DNA of 63,927 bases, filler included, from Craspedostauros australis (lineage: Eukaryota), in assembly GCA_030167865.1 (NCBI GenBank). It is 17 parts of 17 records of this genome, joined end to end, with 100 filler letters (N's around TTAATTAATTAA, not from the genome) between each part and the next. Parts side by side here need not be neighbours in the genome. Positions count along the whole stretch, not along the records: positions 1 to 2,211 come from JALAGF010004028.1; positions 2,312 to 7,297 come from JALAGF010004029.1; positions 7,398 to 12,792 come from JALAGF010004030.1; 14 more parts are not named here. One strand, written 5' to 3'. This document shows positions 1-10,326 of the stretch, piece after piece (within the stretch, counting starts at the first letter, position 1; every line of letters starts with the position of its first letter). A model generated the notes under the pieces. It saw only the letters and a list, made by a program, of their open reading frames with translations, did not search any database and had not been told where the DNA came from. Both the position numbers and the translations under genes were made by a program.

Positions 1-278
1 GACTCCGCTCATGTCCAGCATATGCGCAGCTACAAGGAGGAATACTGCGCATTGATTGACGATGTGATTGAACGGAGCGTTGCTTCGTGCAATGATGGTG
101 ACTCTTGAGGGCTTCCGTAACTTGGAGATGTCACAGATCATCCCATTCGCTATTTCTTCATTTCGTTGAGACAACAGAGTGGTATCCGGCTGATTCGGCT
201 AATGTCACCCTTCGAGGCAGGCAAAACTCGCAGCTCAACTGCTCTACTCGAACGGCCTATTCACCTTCCTCTGCATGA

Positions 279-325
279 ATTCATTTCATTTCATTTCATT
301 TCAATTCAATCCAATTCAATTCAAT
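279..325. repeat. Pentanucleotide microsatellite (TTTCA/TTCAA)n
   Basis: ttcatttcatttcatttcatttcaattcaatccaattcaattcaa is seen directly. Confidence 0.85.
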
Positions 326-431
326 GCATATCTATATGTAAACTAATGACTCACGCAATGCCGCTACTCGTGTTGGGATTCGAATGCAGGTCCAGCACTG
401 TCCAAATGTCTTGGTCCGTCAATCGGACACC

Positions 432-2182
432 TTACTTGGGCACTTGGATCTTGGCGACCTTGCGGGTCTTGACCATGACGGCAACGATGTACATGAGCTT
501 GTACACTGCACCGATGGCCAGCAAGATGGCGATGTCCTGTCCGACGGTATCGTCGTTCTTCACCACGGGGAAGACCAGGTTCAGCTCATCCAATGCCTGG
601 TCGGATGTCAAGTCGCCATCGAAGTTGGTGTCTTGGAAGAGGGTGTACATCGTGCTGCGGACGTAGTATCCGTATGGCATGATGTAGTAGAACAGCTTCA
701 ATGGCCAGTACAGATCGGACTCTGGGATGAGGTACCCGCCGAACAGGAAGCTGCCGAACCAGAAATTCATGAACTGGAGCATGCCGATGATTGGATCATC
801 AAACGCCACGGAGAGGACCTCGGCGACACTCTCGAAGACGAACATGAGCGCGGCGTAGAGGACGATGTGGATGCCGAAGGATTCCCATGGAAGACCTTGA
901 ATGAGGTATCCTGGAATCAGAAGCGAGGAGATGGCGAAGAGGATGAAGATTGGCAGCACCAGAATGGACTTGGCGAATACGTAGGTACCGGCGGAGACCA
1001 TTCCATTCTGCGATTCGCGTTGGATGGACTTGAACTCATCGTTGAGCGCGTACACGGCCACGACTCCCACTGTGGTTGACAGTGAAGAGGAGGATGGTTT
1101 GGTGTTGGACAGGAGGCAATCGTAATTTCAAGGGTGCAGGTATGAGAAAATTGATCTGAACAGTATCATCACGTTGATGAGCATCCCAAAACGTTGCATC
1201 TCCCGCTCCATTTCAAACTCCCCTCACTCGGAAGCTTCATGCTATCGCAATGCCCATCCATCCATCCATGCTTCAAATGCAATGCTGTACTTACTGTTCG
1301 TTGGGACGCCGGCATACCAGACCTGGACCCACATCTTGCTGTACAGCTGATCGAATTCGTTGTCACGGGCGTTCCAGTACACGAAGCCAAAGACCATGCA
1401 CATGACGAGGAAGATCAAGCAGCGTCCGAGGTAGAGGATTGGGTCGCGGGTGATGAGCGAGAAGTGGCGCTTGAACATGATGCTCAATTCGGATGAGAAA
1501 CTGGTGCCCTTGGTCTTCTCGATGCCCACGGCTTCGTCAGCGTCATCATCATCATCGTCGAGACGTTCGGTTCCATGCGTGGATCCGCCGTGAGACGACG
1601 CATTCTTGGACTTGTGCTGATCCCACAAGTTGAGGATGTTCTCCACATCTTCCTCGCCGGAGAAATCGGAGTTAACCAGGTCAAGGAAATGCTCGGCCGG
1701 GTTGGTGGCATCCGGAAGAGGGTATCCGATGCGGTCGAAGTACGGTGTGGCCTCATGGGCATCACCGGAAAAGGCCTGGCGACCACGGCTCATGATCATG
1801 ACCTGATCGAATCCATTGTACACCTTGGTGGATGGCTGATGGATGGTGCACACGATGATGAGGTTCTCATCCTTGGCAACGCGAGAGATCTCTTGCATGA
1901 TGTTGGATGCAGCGGCGGCATCCAATCCGCTGGTCGGTTCATCAAGGAAGAGGAGGGTTGGTTGCTTGAGGAGCGCGACGGCGATGCTCAGACGTCTCTT
2001 CTGTCCGCCACTGAGGCGCGCGCAACGCGTGTCGGCGCAGATGTTGAGACCCATCTTTTCGATGATGCGATCGACGATATCGGGGATCGTCTGCGGCGTG
2101 CCGACATCGTACAATCCGGCGGCGTAGATCAGGCTCTCGCGCGCCGTGAGGTACGGCCAGTGCTTGTCATGCTGCTTGACGA
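432..2182 (-). CDS. ABCG (White-like) half-transporter, 5'-truncated; exons 2182-1295 and 1069-432
   Basis: Q-loop VKQHD, signature LSGGQKRRLSIA, Walker B LLFLDEPTSGLD, CTIHQP and NPAEHFLD, then an ABC2 membrane domain. Intron 1294-1070 (GTAAGT...CACAG) joins the frames as VPTN-M-GVVAV. An acceptor (CTGCAG) precedes 2182; the Walker A exon is off the contig. Confidence 0.95.
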
Positions 2183-2211
2183 CTGCAGGCAATTTATTGA
2201 TTCATTTATTG

Positions 2212-2311
2212 NNNNNNNNNNNNNNNNNNNNNNNNNNNNNNNNNNNNNNNNNNNNTTAATTAATTAANNNNNNNNNNNNNNNNNNNNNNNNNNNNNNNNN
2301 NNNNNNNNNNN
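2212..2311. other. Artificial contig-joining linker (44 N + TTAATTAATTAA + 44 N); first of 16
   Basis: The same 100-nt spacer, with stops in all six frames, starts at 2212, 7298, 12793, 18153, 31844, 33097, 35231, 37365, 39923, 42309, 47508, 52011, 54243, 56652, 60336 and 61499. Confidence 0.99.
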
Positions 2312-2419
2312 GTAAACGCGACCGCATCTCCAGTGTACCTATCGCACTCCGGTGATCCATCCTTGTCGTTTTCGTCGTCGTCGTGCTCTTCGTCTTCGCT
2401 CCTTGGGTATCGGCAAGTC

Positions 2420-5400
2420 ATGAAACAGCAAGATGCGGCAACCAGATCCCGCTCGAGCAACAACAGCAACGGTGCTGTGCATGGCGATGGAATCCCGAAT
2501 CGGCAAGCCACTAACAGGGACAGCCGTATTCCAACGAATGGTCGTGTTGCTATTAGCGACAGAAGGAACAACAACAGCAGCAGCAACAGATCCAGCGGAA
2601 ATGATGGTGGTGCTGGAGCTGGAAGTATTGACTGTTCGAGCGCGGTTGTCGACTCACCCCATGATGCTTCCGCTCGTTCTCACAGGCAAGACCATGATCC
2701 AACCCACAACCTTCATCATCATCATCATCATCAGCATCGTCAACAGCAGCAGAATCATCAACGGCAGTATCAACAGCACCATCATCAGCAGCATCAGCAG
2801 AATCAGCAACAGATGCAATATCTGCACCATCTACAACACGCACGACAATACCAGGCACACCAGCAACATCAACAACAACATCACATACATCAGCAACAGA
2901 TGTACCAACAGCACTATTCTCCTCGTCAACCTGTTCCTTCTCACCACCCACATCAGCATCACCACCAACACCAACATTCCAGCACCCACATCAACCCACA
3001 ACGTGACCAACGTGACCAACGTGGCCAACGTGATCAACATAACCAACGCAACCAAAACAAGAACCAACCATACAAACTGGCACTCAACAAGCAACCCTTC
3101 GCGCCACCTCCTCTCCCGCCACAACACCTGGTCGATTCGTGGAGGGCGACCATCGATCCTCGCACTCATCGAGAATACTTCTACAACACGCATACCAATC
3201 ACACACAATGGAACAAACCGCATGAGCTCGTGGCCGTGGAGGAGTATCAGAGGTGGGAGAAGCGGCAGCGCGATCTGCACTTCTTTCAGCAGATGGAGTA
3301 TCGCCTGCTGTCTCACATAGCTCACGGGAAGTCTTGGATCCCTCAGGAAACGATCGCACCGCAGAAGCCATCCAGCGTGAGCAGCAAGCGCAATCAAGGA
3401 CAGGTCGAAGGGGTTTCCGAACACGAATACTCGCACGAGAGATCGCTCGAAGCACAGTACAAGAGACCTGAGCGTGGGAATGAACATGAACATGGGAATG
3501 AACATGAACGTGGAAATGAACATGAACGTGGACGTGGACGGGAAGAGCTTCGACATCATCAGCAAGATGTTGACGGTGCAGATGCCACCTCCCATAGTCA
3601 TGCAAGGTATTCGACCACGAGGGGAGGTAGACAAGAAACAGTGAGCACTGCAACACGACAGCAGAGAGAGTATGCGGAGATGAGAAATGGCGGAGGGGAG
3701 GTATCGTCGTCGTCATCATCATCATCGTCGCCATCGCCATCTTTGACGAACAAGAAAGTGCGACCGAAGTATGTGAGGATATCAACAAACAACCAAGCAA
3801 AAGACAGCAATAGCAACAGTGACATCGATACCGACATCGATACCGACACCGGAACTGGCACTGGCACACGCAGTGGCAGAAAAAGCAATGGCCGTGATGG
3901 CAATCGAAAGAAAGAGAGGAGGGAGAGGAGAAGACAGAGAGAACAGGGTCCTCGAATTCGCACGATCTCGGGCATGGACCTTTCTGTGCTTGCGGAATTG
4001 CAACGTTCAGAACCGCACCTGCAAGTGCATCCACGACAGACACACCAACAGCAGAGGCAACAGCAGAAGCAGAAGCAACAGCCACGAAAGAGACAGGGTC
4101 AGGCTCCACAACGCAAAGACAGGCATGGTCGCCAAACACGACCACACCAACAACGACCACAGAGTGCGAGCCAGGACCCACAGCTCATCAATCACAAGGA
4201 ACCGCAGTCCAAGGAGCGGAATGATAACCAAGAGACGAGGATCCGACCTCCACTCCCATCTCCATCATTGGGAGCGAATGGTCACGATGACGGCCGACGT
4301 AATGTCCAAACCAGTCTCAGCACCGTTCTCATCGCTAATGCCGCTGTCGATGGCACTTCTGATGCCACTTCCGATGTCGATGTCGATACCGCGAAAGCAC
4401 AAATCGCAGCAGCCGCATCGGTATCAGTACCGGTACCAGTGCCGGCATCTATGGAAGGAATGAACGCCACAAACGCGGACACATCGCAGTGGGAAGGTCA
4501 GAGGCGGATGCGTCATGTCCGACGCAACACAGGAGATGGCAACATCAACATTGGGCCTTCCATGGTCAATCCAGACATCGATGCTACCATCAAGTGTGTG
4601 TGTGGCGTCTACAGGGCTCACATCGTGCAGTCAGTCCAAGCCATGGAATCGAACGAGGTTTTCGCTCCTGCGTCTGCGTCTGCGTCTGCGCCCTCATTGA
4701 CACACGCGTCTACATCCGTGTCTACATCCGCAGGTAGCGATCCTCGTTCATCTCAACCCTCAGGCAGATCAACAACAAGAGGAGGACAAGCAGCAGCCAG
4801 GACAGCTACGACCACAGAAATGGCAGCGGCAGCGGCAGGGGCAGGGGTAGCGACATCGTCGAGGTTGGGAGCAGGAGAAGCCAAGACCGAGATTGTGGTG
4901 GACTATCGATCGCCGGACTCGGTTGTGTCAGTGAATCCTGCCCATGCCAGTACATCAGCGCGTTCACTGGTTGCGGCCGACCCGTTTGCCCACATCTTCT
5001 CTGATCATCCACAGCCTCAATCTCAGCTTCAGCATCGCCACTACCACCGCCAGCAGCAGCAGCAGCAGCAGCAACAACAGTATCGACAACAGCAACAACA
5101 GCAACCGAAATCTCACCATCATACTGGGAAGTACAACAGCCGTGCTGTGGATGCGAATATTGCTACATGTAACAGCGGCACTGGCGTCAACACTGCCAGT
5201 GGCAGCAACAGCAGAAGCAACATCCCAACACTCGACCACATCATCGACTTCTACACCAAGCTGTTCCGCAGAACGAAGATGGAGCAGGACACCATCATCA
5301 TGACATTGATCTATGTGGAGCGGCTGAAGAAGAGGACGAACGGGACGCTCGCACTCAATCCCTCCAACTGGAAGTCGATTCTGGTGTCGTGCATGGTGCT

Positions 5401-6283
5401 GGCGAGCAAGGTGTGGGACGATCTGTCCATGTGGAACGTGGATTTTTCGAACATCTTTGTTGCATCTGGCATCGACGGTAGTATGGGCGTTGGTCATGCC
5501 GATTCCACCAATGCTAACGCCTGTACAAACACAAATAGAAATGGAAGAGCTGGTACCAGCGTGGGAACCAGCACAGATCTCAGCAATGCCGACGCGCGTC
5601 GGCAACAAGAGCGTCAGAACATGTTGTTGGAGGCCGCCTGGAATTCTGGTGACAGCACGTTCCTGAGGTCCATGACACTGATGAGGGTGAATCAGCTGGA
5701 ACTGGCGTTGTTGCAGAGCCTGCATTTCGACGTTCGCGTCCCAGCAAGCGAGTATGCGAAATATTACTTCTTGATTCGCAGTCTGTTGATGCGCGGTGGC
5801 TTGCTATCGTCATCATCCATGTCCCAGCCTGGATCGATGTCGTCGATGTCTTCCATACCATCAACGTCACCGTCAACATTAACATCAACATCAATGCTAT
5901 CAGCCTCATCAGTGAAACCTTCGAAGATGGGATGGAATAATGGCACAACGAAGGATGGAAATCGTGTCCATCAAGGAATGGACGAAGGAGAAGAAGCGAG
6001 ACACTTCTTGAGGATGGAGAGCAAGACGAACAACTACCAGCAATCGATGATGTCGTCAATTCCATCGATGCCAACTGACGCAACAAGTGTGAGCGTGAGT
6101 GGGAGTGGGAGTCAGCTTCGTCCATGGCCGTGGTCAAGCTCAATCACGAGCACACAAGAAGCACCATCAGGTGCGGGCACACATCAAGGTGCATCGGGTG
6201 CGCGCCGTGAAGCGGGAACACGTCACCGTCGGTCCAGGAGCATGGACGGATCTCAATGTCAGTGGCTGTCATCACTGTCATGA
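2420..6283 (+). CDS. Large low-complexity cyclin-Y-like cyclin with an N-terminal WW domain
   Basis: WW motif WRATIDPRTHREYFYNTHTNHTQWNKP (~3140-3220). Cyclin box IIMTLIYVERL...LASKVWDDLSMWNVDF...NQLELALLQSLHFDVRVPASEYAKYYFLIR (~5220-5790) matches the cyclin Y consensus. Poly-Q/H/S tracts. First ATG of the open frame is at 2420. Confidence 0.88.
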   Translation: MKQQDAATRSRSSNNSNGAVHGDGIPNRQATNRDSRIPTNGRVAISDRRNNNSSSNRSSGNDGGAGAGSIDCSSAVVDSPHDASARSHRQDHDPTHNLHHHHHHQHRQQQQNHQRQYQQHHHQQHQQNQQQMQYLHHLQHARQYQAHQQHQQQHHIHQQQMYQQHYSPRQPVPSHHPHQHHHQHQHSSTHINPQRDQRDQRGQRDQHNQRNQNKNQPYKLALNKQPFAPPPLPPQHLVDSWRATIDPRTHREYFYNTHTNHTQWNKPHELVAVEEYQRWEKRQRDLHFFQQMEYRLLSHIAHGKSWIPQETIAPQKPSSVSSKRNQGQVEGVSEHEYSHERSLEAQYKRPERGNEHEHGNEHERGNEHERGRGREELRHHQQDVDGADATSHSHARYSTTRGGRQETVSTATRQQREYAEMRNGGGEVSSSSSSSSSPSPSLTNKKVRPKYVRISTNNQAKDSNSNSDIDTDIDTDTGTGTGTRSGRKSNGRDGNRKKERRERRRQREQGPRIRTISGMDLSVLAELQRSEPHLQVHPRQTHQQQRQQQKQKQQPRKRQGQAPQRKDRHGRQTRPHQQRPQSASQDPQLINHKEPQSKERNDNQETRIRPPLPSPSLGANGHDDGRRNVQTSLSTVLIANAAVDGTSDATSDVDVDTAKAQIAAAASVSVPVPVPASMEGMNATNADTSQWEGQRRMRHVRRNTGDGNINIGPSMVNPDIDATIKCVCGVYRAHIVQSVQAMESNEVFAPASASASAPSLTHASTSVSTSAGSDPRSSQPSGRSTTRGGQAAARTATTTEMAAAAAGAGVATSSRLGAGEAKTEIVVDYRSPDSVVSVNPAHASTSARSLVAADPFAHIFSDHPQPQSQLQHRHYHRQQQQQQQQQQYRQQQQQQPKSHHHTGKYNSRAVDANIATCNSGTGVNTASGSNSRSNIPTLDHIIDFYTKLFRRTKMEQDTIIMTLIYVERLKKRTNGTLALNPSNWKSILVSCMVLASKVWDDLSMWNVDFSNIFVASGIDGSMGVGHADSTNANACTNTNRNGRAGTSVGTSTDLSNADARRQQERQNMLLEAAWNSGDSTFLRSMTLMRVNQLELALLQSLHFDVRVPASEYAKYYFLIRSLLMRGGLLSSSSMSQPGSMSSMSSIPSTSPSTLTSTSMLSASSVKPSKMGWNNGTTKDGNRVHQGMDEGEEARHFLRMESKTNNYQQSMMSSIPSMPTDATSVSVSGSGSQLRPWPWSSSITSTQEAPSGAGTHQGASGARREAGTRHRRSRSMDGSQCQWLSSLS

Positions 6284-6639
6284 TGACGATTATGATGACA
6301 ATTTGATGACGATGGCCCTGACGCTGGTTGCGACTGCGACTGCAGTCCTCCATGGTTGCATACGGTTTGGTTTGATGCCACCGATACGGCCGTACGTGCG
6401 TGAAATGTAGAATAGTGAGAGTAGCATGGCGAACGCAGGTGCAAGTACTCTATGATGGTTTACGATCTATTATACATACTCCTGATAACAGAGTTACGCT
6501 ACGGTTGTCTGTGATGCTCCGACGGGTAGAGTACTCTATTCTATTCCACAATACCCACTGGATTCCGCGACTGCAGGTGACTGGGAAGTGTCCGACGAGT
6601 AATCGAGCGATAGAGCGCCACAGAGTATGTATGATACAT

Positions 6640-7170
6640 CATGCGGTTGCAACAGGCGATGTCGGAGCAGAAGGCGATAGGGTGGGGAATGATGGTGCGA
6701 GGTCGGTGGTCCACGAAGTGGCAGAGAATTCAGGAATGCACGATGGAGGTCCGCGGCCAGCCGGGAAGGCCGGCCAATTGGATTGCGAGAGCCATGGTAG
6801 GGCTATGGGAAGTTGGGTGGAAGGCGTGGATGACATACAGCAAGTACTACACGAAAGTGAGCAGGCGGCGGCGGTGGCCAAAGTGTCTCAGGAGGCTGCG
6901 GATGCAGTAAGAGACGAGTGGCGCCATGGAGTACGAGGGATCAAAGGTGACGACACCAGGCTGCTGACCCACACGACGGAGGCAGCGGTTCGAGCACAAT
7001 CGGCAGAGGACCAAATGTTGTGGGTGCGTCATGCACGGGCAGCCCGGCAAGCAGGGTTGCAGCGGAGTACGGGCGACCTGATTCAGCAACAGCGAAAGCG
7101 GAAGGAATATGCGACGAGGCAGGATACGGCAGGTCGCCGGGTTCGGCAGCGGCGCCTTTCGCGATGACAG
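6640..7170 (+). mobile_element. Degenerate 3' remnant of a non-LTR retrotransposon ORF (diatom Ambal-like LINE C-terminus)
   Basis: QKAIGWGMMVRGRWSTKWQRIQ...WIARAMVGLWEVGWKAW, a frameshift near 6840, then VLH...VRDEWRHGVRGI..DD.RLL...LWVRHARAAR. This resembles the Trp-rich Q..IGW...GR.S..W / W..RN..H tail of stramenopile LINEs (recalled pattern, not searched). Confidence 0.5.
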
Positions 7171-8267
7171 AAAAAGAGAGTGAAGTGCACGATGGCGAGA
7201 GCTGAGTGCCCAGTGCGGTATGTTTTATGGCCTGTGGAATTGGCAACCCTGCGGTAGACCCAGGAGTGAGAGATCTAGGTAGGTCGTTCGAGCGCAGNNN
7301 NNNNNNNNNNNNNNNNNNNNNNNNNNNNNNNNNNNNNNNNNTTAATTAATTAANNNNNNNNNNNNNNNNNNNNNNNNNNNNNNNNNNNNNNNNNNNNCAT
7401 CAACAACTATTTGCGCGCCTCACATGCCATACTTGTCGACCAGATTAGAGACGTGGATCAGAACGATTGTGAAGGCCTCACCATGGTATACTTGGAAAGA
7501 GGAAGCATCACTCGGTGAGATCGTAATTCTACGGACTTCAAGGTCGTAGTAGTTCTGATGCATGCGTCGATCAAATGGCATTGCAAATATTCGATCACAA
7601 CGCACTTCCTCCTGGTACCATATGTAATACTACATATTATACTTGAGGAGTCGCGGTAGCTGTCGGTGACGTTGGCTTGTGACGCTCATGTCGCATACTT
7701 TCGAGCGTATGCATTGCTCCAATGCTTCTTGTTGAGAGTCTTGTGGTTCGCATCAATGCCATCCCGCAACCACAAGGCACGATTCATCAATGTCACGCTG
7801 TAGCGCCAGCTATTGTCGAAGAAGGAGTGATGGATCCGACTGAGCAAACAGACTGTGCGTGTTTCTCTTTGGGCGGATGATGACACCTCGGATGATTCTG
7901 GAAAGAATGAGTCCCTGCCAAATCGTCAGATGCCGCCAGCCAGACGGAAGAAGCCTCGTGTCTTGAGCTCGAGCGTTGAATGGCGTTGTGGATGGCGCGA
8001 ATTATCCAAGAACCACACAGTGTAATATACCTATTGTTGCATATTTGACGCATCTTCCAATACACGACTAGTCTATCAACTCAGCAAAGACCTTGACATC
8101 TACTCTCTCCGTCTTTCGGTCTCTCAGCCTCTCTGGCTCACCAGACAACAAGAGGCCGAAAAACAGGGTAGTTCGTGGAGTCTATTGCATCAACGTTCAT
8201 ATCTTTAGTCCGCTCTGCCTCCTGCGTTGCTTGTTAATCGTATTCCGCCGCTGTCGAGGGATTACAA

Positions 8268-9564
8268 TCAGTCAAAGTTCGCCTCAAAGTCTTCCAACTC
8301 TGGAAACCCAACTGCTTCGCGGACGTCTGCAAAGCTGGCAATGTTGCATGTGTCGAGGCTTGCGGGATGACCCTCGTTTTCGCAGCTCGCCATTGTACGG
8401 ATGGTCGAGCTCAGTTCCATCAAGGCCTTCACAGTCGCTTGGAGCGCCGTCACGCCATGCAACGCAATGTCATAGCCAAGATCCCGAATCTCCTCACTGG
8501 AATATATCGATCTGTCTCCAGCTTCTTGCTGAACCTGAGCGATCATCGTCACCGTTGTCTTGTCGGCCAGCGATTGCTGCAGGTCTTTGTACTCTTGTTT
8601 GGACTGCAGTGCCTCCGCGTACACAATATCTGTGCACAAAGCGCACCACATGAATAGAAGAGCAGAGAAGTAAAACAAAGAAAGTTGCCATCAGGAGGGG
8701 CGTTGAGCATGTATCATACATCTACATGTGCCTGTGCCTGTGCTGGTGTATCACCGCACAGTCTGCCACACGTGGATAGAAAATCGTGATACCAAGAAAC
8801 CGAATGGAGTTGCGTGCAACAATCAATTCTGTTGCAGGGGATTGGCGTTTTGGCGACAGCCATACAAACCTACCTGCGCCCATCTCTTCAAACGCTTGGC
8901 ATCGATGGATTGCTTCATCGACCCCCAATGCCCTTCGGCAGTCTGTCCGCGCAATCAGGAGTATCCTGTTTCCGTCCTTCTCCCACGCCTCCGTCTTCGC
9001 ATGGAGGGCCACCTTGATACGCTTGATGGCATCCTCGCGAGGTAGAACATTGACGGATGCCCCAGCTGCGTACGTGCACCGTTTGGGAAAGATCTGATCC
9101 TCGATCGACACTGCCGCTGCGCCGATAGATGCCAAGCTTCGAATTGTATGTCGCACGTTCGATGCACCGCCGTACCCCGTATCTCCGTCAACCAGGATGG
9201 GGATACCCTCGGTGCATTGGATGCAGCTGCGTGCCGCGTCCTGCATTTCGGTCAGTGTTATGATCCCAGCATCCGGCATGCCCAACCGGCTTGCGGAAAC
9301 GCCGAATCCGCTGACGAAGAGCGCCTTGGCGTTGCCCTGCTGTTGCAGGATCTTGGAGGACAGCGCATCGTATACTCCAGGCACCAGCAATACCCGATGT
9401 TGGGCTCGTACTTCGTCGATGATGGAAAGCAGTTTAGCTGCAGAAGATCCGCCGTTGGTGGATGACAACGCAACCACGGTGGTCGGGATCATCACAACAA
9501 TGGAGAAAATGAGGAAGACGACGACGACGAAGGGGAGGAGGCTGATTGGATGGAATCGCATCAT
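8268..9564 (-). CDS. Isocitrate lyase/PEP mutase superfamily enzyme with signal peptide; exons 9564-8874 and 8629-8268 (copy 1)
   Basis: PGVYDALSSK, FVSGFGVSASRLGMPD, VDGDTGYGG, IEDQIFPKRC, IARTD. Intron 8873-8630 (GTAGGT...CACAG) gives MGA-D-IVYAEA. Hydrophobic N-terminus ends VVA-LSS. Confidence 0.92.
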
Positions 9565-10326
9565 GATCGTCGGAATCAATGAGAAATGATATCCCTCTCC
9601 CTCTCTCTGTCTCGCTTTGCCCACACTGGCTATGCTGACTTGAGAAGTGCGACAGGTGGCATGCGTTGCGTTGTGTATGTTGTTATATGTTCTATTGCAT
9701 TTGTTGGCAGCCAAGAAGCAGCTCTCGTAGATTTGACCCGAGGCAGAGGTGGTCTGATTCGTCGTCGTCGTCGTCGTCGCCGCCGCCGTTGTTGATGCTG
9801 CTGTGGCTGTCGTATTTGTTCTTGATGTTGTTGTGAAGGTACGCGCGGCTACAAACGGGCGTTTGATTGGACAAAAAGGTATCTTTCACATCACAATCTG
9901 GCTCTCATCAAAGGCACAGAAACTGCCTTTCCCAAAGCACGTCATCACAATCGCCACACGGATCCAAACGCAAATCCAACTCCGCCCTGCAAATCCAAAC
10001 ACAAATGGAAATGCAAAATGCAGGATACCCTCCTCGCTGTGCAGATCACAAATGAGATCCGCCACTTGCATTGACACACGACGAGCACTTCCAACCACCA
10101 AGAGCCAACACGCAAATATACCATCAGTGCGGCATGGTACCATACCATAGTGTGAGCATGATTTGACGGCGGAACGCTGTGCGGTGCTGTTCTGCGACTG
10201 CCGCAGCACCTGGCACTATACGTACTCGTACCATGCCATCTGGGTCACCTGACGCTTGAAACGAAATTCCAACCCCAATAATCGCTGCAGCACCCTGGAA
10301 TAACACCACGATATGTACTACATATG

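Noticed and set aside
7398..8100. Short minus-strand ORFs downstream of the ICL-family gene
   Set aside because: No recognisable domain and no consistent splice model.
8268..9564. PEP mutase indicating a phosphonate biosynthesis cluster
   Set aside because: It lacks the PEP mutase EDK..PK.NS motif, and there are no phosphonate genes on the contig.
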